Positions 1 through 9,600 of a stretch of DNA of 20,000 nt are shown here, piece after piece (positions within the stretch are counted from its first letter, which is position 1; every line of letters starts with the position of its first letter). The stretch is from positions 10,821,334 to 10,841,333 of the forward strand of contig NC_057720.1 of assembly GCF_004010195.1 (NCBI RefSeq), given 5' to 3'. Origin of the DNA: Chiloscyllium plagiosum (lineage: Eukaryota). The notes under the pieces are model-generated. The model ran no database searches. It worked only from the letters and a program-made list of their open reading frames with translations, and was not told the DNA's origin. The position numbers were made by a program, and so were the translations under genes.

Positions 1-11
1 CACAGCAAAAC

Positions 12-17
12 TTTATT
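12..17 (-). promoter_or_regulatory. Polyadenylation signal AATAAA of the CLCA gene
   Basis: TTTATT on + at 12-17, about 230 nt downstream of the stop codon in an AT-rich 3'UTR. Confidence 0.7.
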
Positions 18-248
18 AGATTCTGTCAGTCCTTTTATAGGAATACACTTTACTTTTAAATTTAAATTATACAGGTTGGATTTAAACACAATCTCAGCTC
101 AACATCAGGAGGAATGCTCAATATTCACGGAACATTCAATTTTCTTGGTCACAAACTTTGAACATGAATTAAGTTGCACCATTATAAATTGAATGTTGTT
201 GAATTTTGATGATGTTGCTGACTATCTCTGGCTTTAGCTGTACATTTC

Positions 249-679
249 CTAACTGGGTGATACTCTGCCTTGACGTTTTTTAGTCACAACACATACAGTG
301 ATGGAAATTATCAAGGAGACAACAATGACAACAATACCAACAATAACAAGAATTTCTGAAATGTTAATGACTACACTATTATTAGGTTGTGTTGGTTCGA
401 TGGTTTGGACTGGCTGGGATGTGGGAGGTGGACTCGCCAAAATTAAAGCAGCTTGCGCTATATTCGATAAGGCCGAAGACTGGTTTCCTTTATCAAATGC
501 CCGAATTGCAAAGTAGATTACTGTCCCATTTTTCAACCCGATGTTCTCAGATACTGTGAGCGATTCCTCTGAGTTAGCCACCTTTGGCTTCAGGTCTGTG
601 GTGTTTACACTTTGAGCATTTGGAAAATCATCCCTCAGCTGTGCGAAGCTTTTGCTGAGCTTTATTTCGTAAAAGGAAG
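249..679 (-). CDS. clca1: CLCA terminal exon ~14 coding part (FnIII, Pro/Thr linker, TM helix, short basic cytoplasmic tail)
   Basis: Acceptor CTTGCAG|CT. Reads (A)SFYEIKLSKSFAQLRDDFPNAQSVNTTDLKPKVANSEE...IYFAIRAFDKGNQSSALSNIAQ...ILVIVGIVVIVVSLIISITVCVV-TKKRQGRVSPS*, stop TAG at 251-249. Confidence 0.95.
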
Positions 680-3600
680 CTGCAAGAGAAGAAAAGCAAG
701 TGAATGTATTATTCAGGCTCTTGATGTTATCCTCTTACACACTGCCAGGTTTGCTGAATACTGCAGTGAGGCAAATGGTAATAAGGAGCTAAACTGAGAG
801 GATTAAAAATACAGGAACAAGAGAAGACCATACAGCCGAACAATTCTTTATATCTCATTCAGACCCTCCCTTATTGAAAGGAAGATTTTATTTCATTAAG
901 GCAGCTCAGAGAGGGTTCACCAAGATGATCCCTGATGTAGGGGAACTGTCTTTTGAGCCAAGGTTGAATAGTTTGGAATTCTACTCACAGGTGCTTAGAA
1001 GAATGAGATATAATGTCATTGAAACATTCTGGCTACTTAAGCAATCTGGCAGGGTAAGCGCTGGTTGAATGTTCCCCCTCACATGATCAGCCATAATTCT
1101 ATTGAATGGTGTAGCAGGTTTCAGCAGCTGAATGGCCTGCTGCTGTTCCTATTTCTTCATCGTCTTATTATGGTCTCCCATTGAAATGTACATTCAATAT
1201 TTGAATTACACCCATTCCCATTACAATTCAACTGCCTTGCATGTTCCTGAAAATACAATGGTATTGGTTACTCCTGTGAGTGGTCCGAGTGTTTCATGCT
1301 CAGGAAAATGCCCTTCCCAATATCTAATTGTACACTCAGGTGGCGTAAGAGAGTAAAACAAATTCACCCATGAAATTGCAAGTCAATGTCATAGACAAAA
1401 ATTTCACTCAGTGGGGAACTGGTACATTGGGTAGGAATGGATTATAGGCTGAGCCACAAGCTTATGCTGGTCACCAGAATGTTCCCTGAAAGTGTGGTCA
1501 TTGAAAGGAGCTTGGCTGGGATGCCTGACCGTCACACACATGACAGCGCTCATTGTCAAGACTTGCCCATCTTTGACAGTCACAAGGGTAAGGATGCAAG
1601 AACACCCCACTCATAGAGATGTACAGCACAGAAAAAGACCCTTTCTTCCAACGCATCTATGCCGACCAGAAATTAATCTACTCTTTTGCCAGCACTTGCC
1701 CATATCCATCTAAACCTTTCCTATTCATGTACCCATCCAGATGCCTTTTAAATGTTGTAATTGTACCAGCCTCCACCACGTCCTCTGAGAGCTCATTCCA
1801 TACATGCTCAACCATTTCCATGAAAGTGTTGCCCCTTAGGTCCCTTTAAATCTTTTCCCTCTCACCCTAAACGTCTGTCCTCTAGTTCTGGACTCCTCAA
1901 CCCAGGGAAAAGACTTTGTCTATTTGTTCAGTAAATCTTTAACGATGATTCAATATCTTCTGCAAAGGTACAACGAGGGGAGGAATTAGCTGAAAAGGAA
2001 AGATTGAAGTGACTTTCACTCGAGCTGCTTGAAGTCAATACAACTTGGTGAGGAGAGGAACCCGGTGGTTTAGTGGTTAGTGCTGCTCCCTCACAGTAGC
2101 AGGGACTTGGGTTCATTCCAGACTTGAGCATCTGTCTGTCTGGAGTTTGTACATTTTCCCCGTGTCTACGTGGGATCTTCTGGGTGCTGCGGTTTCTTCC
2201 CACAAGTTAGGGGAATAGACCATTCTGGACTATCCTGTAGTGTCTGGGGCTGTGCAGGGTACGTGGATTAGCCAGAGTAAATAACTAGGTAAAAACAATG
2301 ACTGCAGATGCTGGAAACCAGATTCTGGATTAGTGGTGCTAGAAGAGCACAGCAGTTCAGGCAGCATCCAAGGAGCAGTGAAATCGACGTTTCGGGCAAA
2401 AGCCCTTCATCAGGAATAAAGGCAGAGAGCCTGAAGCGTGGAGAGATAAGCTCGAGGAGGGTGGGGGTGGGGAGAGAGTAGCATAGAGTACAATAGGTGA
2501 GTGGGGGAGGGGATGAAGGTGATAGGTCAGGGAGAAGAGGTGGGGTGGATAGGTAGAAAAGGAGATAGGCTCTCTGCCTTTATTCCTGATGAAGGGCTTT
2601 TGCCCGAAACGTCGATTTCACTGCTCCTTGGATGCTGCCTGAACTGCTGTGCTCTTCCAGCACCACTTATCCAGAGTAAATAACTAGTCAGGTAAGGGGG
2701 CAGGATGTTCTTCAGAGGGTAAGTGCAGACTGATCCTCAATCTGAATGGCCTCGATCTGCACTGCAAGGATTCTGTGCTATCTCTTTTTGAAACAAAGGA
2801 AAGGAAAGGTAAAGATTTCAAATTAAAGTACACTCATTCACTTGTAATATAATATTTAGTGAATGCTAAATGATTATAATGCTTTTCAACAACAAACATA
2901 CACAAATGGTAAAAGTCACACCCTATTCCCAGTTAAACAATGAAACCGACTGACCAACTGATTGATGATGTGATGGAGGCAACGAGACTTAAAATGGGCT
3001 GAGAACTCAGCAATGGAATTGCTCCCAATGTATGTGTTGAAATATAATTTAAATTACCAGTTCCTTGATCTAAGTCATCGCCTGGAGCTGTCCATTTCAG
3101 TTGTATTGCGTCTCCAACAATTGCCGCCCGAAGATCCTTAATTTTACTTGGGGGAAACACGTCAGGTGGAGGTCCGGGAGGAACCTGACTAACAACACAT
3201 GCTCCCGCTGTTTTCACTCTATTGAAGCTTCCCAATTGTATCTGAGAATCGTTACGGTCCACTGGAGGCTTTGGTGGGTTGGGGTGAATTTGACCTGCGA
3301 GAAAAGTGAAGAAAGACACATTTCAGAAAGGGGCAAAATATTTGGAAGTTGATTTTTAACATTTATCCTTCAGATGCAATTGTCACCACAAGGCCACTAC
3401 TTGTTGCCCATTCCTAATTGCCCCAGAGAAAGGGATTAGATTAGATTAGATTACATTACAGAACCCGGGTCTCTGGCGCTGTGAGGCAGCAGTGCTAACC
3501 ACTGTGACACCGTGCCGCCCATAAAGGCAGCTGGGATGGCCAGCTGCCTTTTAGAACTGCCCAATCCATGTAATGTAGTTACACCCACAGAACTGTTAAG

Positions 3601-6600
3601 GAGGGGGTTAGTATCAATGTCAATGGGCCTTTGATGTGAACACTGACAATTTCAGTGTCATTACCAGAGCAAAATCTCAGCCAATCAGCTTGTCTGCAAG
3701 TTTAGAATAATCTCGGTTTAGAATAAACGGCGGTGAAGGAGGCCCAGGACCTCCATGTCCTCGGCAGAGTGGGAGGGGGAGTTGAAATGTTGGGGCACTG
3801 GGTGGTGTGGTTGATTGGTGCGGGTGTCCCAGAAAGGTTCCCTAAAGCGCTCTGCTAGGAGGTGTCCAGTCTCCCCAATATAGAGGAGACATCATCGGGA
3901 GCAACGGATGCAATAAATGATATGGTGGATGTGCAGGTAAAACTTTGATGGATATGGAAGGCTCCTTTAGGGCCTTGGATGGAGGTGAGGGAGGAGGTGT
4001 AGGCGCCGGTTTTGCAATTCCTGCGGTGGCAGGGGAAGGTGCCAGGACGGGAGGGTGGGTTGTAGGGGGGCGTGGACCTGACCAGTTATTTGCATGATGG
4101 CACTCATGAAACAGTTGTGTTTGTTTAAAATAAGTTCAGTCGTGGCTATTTCTGCCATATTACTCAAAAATGACAAACTAATTAGATGGTTTATCTTTTT
4201 ATCCTGACAGGATTTTATAAAAGTACTTGGATGAGGACATGAAGTATGATAGCATTCAGGCTCTGGATCATGTGTGGGCAAATATAGGTAGAAGTATGCT
4301 TTTGGCAGTACAGACTTGATGGGCCAAAGAGCCTCTGTTATACTGTATGATTTGAGCTGCATGGCCTCTACTTTTGGATTATTGCCTAATGCCGTAGCCA
4401 TCACTACTGCAAGATCATGTCTTTAAACAATAAAAGTAGAGAAAAACACCTTCACAGAGACATAGTCAATATATTTGTGTCAAGATGAAGGAGGTGTTGG
4501 ATGTGATGATGAAAGGTTTGCTCAATAGGTGGGCTTTAACAAAGGTCTTATGGAAGGGAAACTGTTAAAGAGGGAACTCCAGGATTTGATCTGTAGGTAT
4601 TTCCTGTACAGGAGTTTTGACTGTGGGGTGAATAAAAGGCATTGAGATGTTCAGTTGGCCATGATCATAATGGTTGGGGTAGGTTCAAAAGACCGAATGG
4701 CTTCTCCTCTTCATACATTCCTGTTTAAATGTACATTCACCAATGGCAGGGCAAAGGGAAATAGTGGTGAGGATGGAAGAGAGGAATACATAAGAGGTTA
4801 GCAATTGAAAAATCAAATGTTTGAAAACGTTGCCTCGATGGCTCAGATTAGTCATGTTTCCATATGTACCTCAGGTACCCACACTGGATTTGTCCAGTCC
4901 AAACTCCACACATGCTCCAGAGGAGACTGATGCTTGACTGGTGCAATGTTGGGTCAGTAACAATGTGCTTATTTGAAGGTGTGCTTTCTGCTTCCAGGTT
5001 TCATCAGTATCATGGAGCTGGGATTTGATGCATTGAGGGACTGCAAGCTGATAAAAATTAGCGGGGTTAGGGATAATGAGTGAATATGACTTCATGGCTT
5101 TGTACTTAAGCAGGGCTGTCATTTTTAACTTTATAACTTTATGTCTTTACTTTTCTACTCTACCTAAGTTCTTATACTCACATACCTTTAGAATTAGGTA
5201 TACAAATTACCTCAGGACAAATCTTAGGGACTAAAATAGTTCAAAGTTTGTGAGAAGATTCGTAGCTCGGGTGCTCGTTGCTGTGGTTCTGTTCGCCGAG
5301 CTGGAAGTTTTTGTTGCAAACGTTTCGTCCCCTGTCTAGGTGACATCCTCAGTGCTTGGGAGACTCCTGTGAAGCGCTTCTGTGGTGTTTCCTCCGGCAT
5401 TTATAGTGGCCTGAACCTGCCGCTTCCGGTTGTCAGTTTCAGCTATCCGCTGTAGTGGCCGGTATATNNNNNNNNNNNNNNNNNNNNNNNNNNNNNNNNN
5501 NNNNNNNNNNNNNNNNNNNNNNNNNNNNNNNNNNNNNNNNNNNNNNNNNNNNNNNNNNNNNNNNNNNNNNNNNNNNNNNNNNNNNNNNNNNNNNNNNNNN
5601 NNNNNNNNNNNNNNNNNNNGTTAGTTGTCTTCCTGTTTGTCCTATATAGTGTTTTGTGCAGTTCTTGCATGGGATTTTGTACACTACGTTAGTTTTGCTC
5701 ATGCTGGGTATCGGGTCCTTCGTTTTGGTGAGTTGTTGTCTGAGAGTGGCTGTTGGTTTGTGTGCCGTTATAAGTCCAAGTGGTCGCAGTAGTCTGGCTG
5801 TCATTTCAGAGATGTTCTTGATGTATGGTAGTGTGGCTAGTCCTTTGGGTTGCGGCATGTCCTCGTTCTGTTGTCTCTCCCTAAGGGATCTGTTGATGAA
5901 ATTGATGATCCCTTGTAGCCACACACACAGACGACAAGCAACATGAATTTGACTGGGACAACACTACCATTACAGGGCAAGCGAAACAAAGAACAGCCAG
6001 GGAATTCCTAGAAGCTTGGCACTCATCCACAAACTCCATCAACAAACACATTGACCTGGACCCAATATACCGGCCACTACAGCAGACGGCTGAAACTGAC
6101 AACTGGAAGCGGCAGGGACAGGCCACTATAAATGCAGGAGGAAACACCACAGAAGCGCTTCACAGGAGGCTCCCAAGCACTGAGGATGTCACCTAGAAAG
6201 GGGACGAAACGTTTGCAACAAAAACTTCCAGCTCGGCGAACAGAACCACAGCAACTAAAATAGTTTTGGTATAAAAATAGAGAAATATAGAAAAAAGCTA
6301 AATGTTCTACATTGTAGTTCTGGATAGAAATTAGGAAAATGGTGGCATTGTACACTTTTTACTGTATTACTGTACCCCTGTCCTTGAGCACACATGACAA
6401 TAAAACCTAATTATAATTATAATTCATACTTGAATGCAGCTTTTGGGTAAACGGAAGTTCAAGATTTCTTTTATTCATTCATTCACTGGATGTGGGTTTC
6501 ATTGCCTGGGTCAGTATTTTTTGCCCATCCCTACATGCTCTTGAGAAGGTAGTACTGATTTCACACAATCAGACATTGCCCTTCTTCCCATCAAGTCTGA

Positions 6601-9600
6601 ACCAACAAAAACTACTCGAAATCTACAGGTGTCCATTTTCCACCACTTGGCCCATAACCTTGAGTGTTCAACTGAGTAATTTATTAAAGGTTGTGAGGTT
6701 TCCTGCCTGAACTACCCTCCCAAGCAGTGCATTCCACGCCCCCACCACCCTTTAGAGTTATGGGGTGTATGGGAGGTTGTCTGAGGTAACATTGGAATTG
6801 TCATTGGGTTTGGGACTAATGACATTTCCAAGTACAAATGGTTTAGGAGCTGACTCAGGCAAAATCATAATTCAATAACAAGTAGGTACATTTGTACATC
6901 AACACCTTACCGTTTTGTACATATCCTGGGATGTACATGGCAGTACATGGCATGGCTTTGCTTCCTGGTTGTTAACCTTACTATTCCATCTTTTCCTTGT
7001 ACAGATATTTTAATGGTGTATCTCCCATTACCAAGAAATTCAGTAAAATACCGAGAATAAACTCCATCATTTCTAACAGCATCAGCACCTAAAGATAAGA
7101 AGACAAATCAATTGCAAAGAGCCAAATCCAGTGTTAACTAATGATAATATTTTACTTTGGTCACAATGAAATATAACCATTTGCTAATTGGCTTCTACAG
7201 TGATGGATGTATTTACCTCCCCCATTGTCCAACAGCTCAAGATTCACAGGCTGACCAATAGTCCTCTCTACTGTGGCTGTCACTTTGGCTCCAACAACAG
7301 GCAGGAAACCTTGGCTGACTTCTGCAAAAATGATCAGTGGGTTTGGAAAAGATGTTGTGTTTTGATTGAGGTGCGCGTTGACTGTGACAGGCGGAATATT
7401 CTCATCTGCTGCCCGTGATGTTACTGTTATCGTTACAACCTGAGGCATTCCAGCTCCATTTTGTATGCCGTACATCCAGGCCCCTGACTGATGTAAAAAC
7501 ACCCCATTGTAATTGAAAAGAAGGAGATCAAAATTAAAGCAAAGAGAAAATTTAAACACACAGTCCAATCAGAACCGTACATGTGCCCGGCCAGGAATTG
7601 GAAGGCGAGCTGTCAACAAGACTGCGTCCATCTCAAAGTTTCCATTTCTGTAAAGCTTTCCATTGGGATCACGGATAAACATTTGTGGTGTGTCAGTCCC
7701 CCATGTTATTACAAAGAACGTGTTTTTCCCAACCGATTTATCAATGAAAACTGTACCATTGAACCAGTCATTACTTGTAATGTTCTTTCCAGAACTTTCC
7801 AGCTGCAAGAAATCAAAACAGTCACTTTAAAATACCAACATACTTGTTATCAGAAAGCAGCAACAAATTCAAAGTCATTCTCTAAAGGATAGTCAAACCT
7901 GGATTGACTGTTGACTCATGTTCCCATTTCCTGATACTAATCCAGTGAAAGCATCAACTAATCCATTTTCATCCAATTTATCAGTAGCTGCATACTGCAG
8001 GCCTCCTAAAGATTGAACATGAGAAATAATAAGATCGATGTAGTGCTCATAACTAATTGGGAAAGAAGCTGTGCACAAATTTAAACCACAAAACCTAATC
8101 ATGAAACTCACGATAATCAGAATTAAAAGTAACAGCATCTGCTGATGAAATTATTTGGGGTGATATTAAATCGCAGGTTATTGGGTGATGTGAATGGGCA
8201 AGGTGACTTGATGGGTAAATGAATAGGAAGAGTTTAGAGGAATGTTGGCTAAATGCTGGCAAATGGGACGAGATTAATATCGGATATCTGGTCGGTATGG
8301 ATGAGTTGGGCTGAAGGGTCTGCTTCCGTGCTGTACAGCTCTGTGAATCTATAACTCAGGAGATATGGGTTCAGTTGACCATTCACTGAGATAGTAGTGA
8401 GTGTCCTCCATTTCTCCTTGTAAGACAACCCCATCATCCCAAGGATTAATCCGGTGACCATCCATTAATTATATTGTCGTAATAGCAAATATATCCCTCC
8501 TTGGAGATAAGTAACAAAACTTTGCCACGACTCTATACAGCTTCAATAAAACGTCTTTACTTCTGTATTCAAATCCCCTTGTCATGAAAGCCCACATACC
8601 ATTGCCTTCCTAATTACTTGCTGCACCTGTTTGCTAACTTTAAATGATTCATGAAAAGGGAAATGCAGGTCCCCTTGACACCTACACTTCCCAGCTTCTC
8701 ACTGTTTCAGAAATATTTGTCTTCCTGCTTTTTCTACTGAGGTGAATAGCTACATATTTATTGATATACCATATCAACTGCTTTGTTTAATCGCCTGTAC
8801 AAACCCTCTTGAAGCCTCTTTGTGTTGGAGTCATAGAGTCATAGAGACATACATCACGGAAACAGATCTTTCGGACCAACTCCACAATGATGAACAGATA
8901 TCCTAAATTAATCTAGGCTCCTTAGCCAGCATTTAGTCCATATGTGTAAACCCTTCTTACTCATAAACCCATCCAGGTGTCTTTTGAATAGATAATTGTA
9001 ACAGCCACAACCACTTCCTCTGGCAGCTCATTCCATACATGCACAACCCTCTGCATGAAAACGTTGCTCCTTAGGTCCCTTTTAAATCTTTCCCCTCTCA
9101 TCTTAAACCGATGCCCTCCAGTTTTGGACCTCCCTACCTTGGAGAAAAGACCTTGGCTGTTCACCCTATCCATGCCCCTCATGACTTTATAAACCTCTAT
9201 AAGGTCACCCCTCAGCCTCTGACACTCCAGGGAAAACAGCCCCAGCCTATTCAGCGTCTCCCTATAGCTCATATCCTCCAACCCTGGCAACATCCTTGTA
9301 AATCTTTTCTGCATCCCTTCATGTTTCACAACAGTTTTTCCTCAAGCAGGGAGACCAGAATTGCATATGTTATTCCAAAGGTATCCTAACCAATGTCCTG
9401 TACAGCTGCAACAATGACCTCACATCTCTTGTACTCAATGCACTGACCAATAAAGGCAAACATACCAACTGCTTTCTTTACCATCCTCTCTACCTACAAC
9501 TCCACTTTCAAGGAACAATGAACCTGCCATCCAAGGTCTCTTTGTTCAGCAACACTCCTCAGGAGCTTACTATTAAGTGTAAGTTCTTTCCAAAATGCAG

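Larger units (their letters stand above)
2063..2780 (+). mobile_element. HE1-type tRNA-derived SINE, interrupted by a palindromic Penelope-type insertion at 2289-2670
   Basis: A/B-box head (tagtggttagtgctgct...gggttcattcc), core (ctgtctgtctggagtttgtacattttccccgtgtct) and CR1-like tail (gaatggcctc...gcactgcaaggattct). Same family as 15862-16215. Confidence 0.75.
5242..6255 (-). mobile_element. 5'-truncated Penelope/Poseidon-type retroelement with an inverted copy of its 3' part
   Basis: The minus strand encodes ...LPYIKNISEMTARLLRPLGL...NVVYKIPCKNCTKHYIGQTGRQL (GIY-YIG). The plus strand from ~5909 encodes the endonuclease C-terminus SLVATHTDDKQHEFDWDNTTITGQAKQRTAREFLEAWHS..INKHIDLDPIYRPL. Arms 5277-5467 and 6065-6255 are inverted. 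TSD ACTAAAATAGTT at 5230-5241 and 6254-6265. Confidence 0.9.

Noticed and set aside
298..516. 72-aa plus-strand ORF (and similar ORFs at 3101, 7188, 7581, 11994, 14671, 16959)
   Set aside because: Antisense shadows of the CLCA exons with no independent motifs.
2455..2550. G-rich tract (possible G-quadruplex); also the C-rich tract at 16256-16284
   Set aside because: The first is part of a mobile-element spacer and the second is low-complexity sequence; there is no evidence of function.
3967..4404. 145-aa minus-strand ORF
   Set aside because: Chance read-through of repeat remnants. The meaningful translation of its 3' part is in another frame (GIY-YIG remnant).
5430..5670. ORFs containing long X runs
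   Set aside because: Artefacts of the 152-N gap.
6965..6985. Cryptic donors in exon 12 (ATA|GTAAGG, AAG|GTTAAC) that might bypass the frameshift
   Set aside because: They are phase 0 and phase 2, whereas exon 13 needs phase 1.
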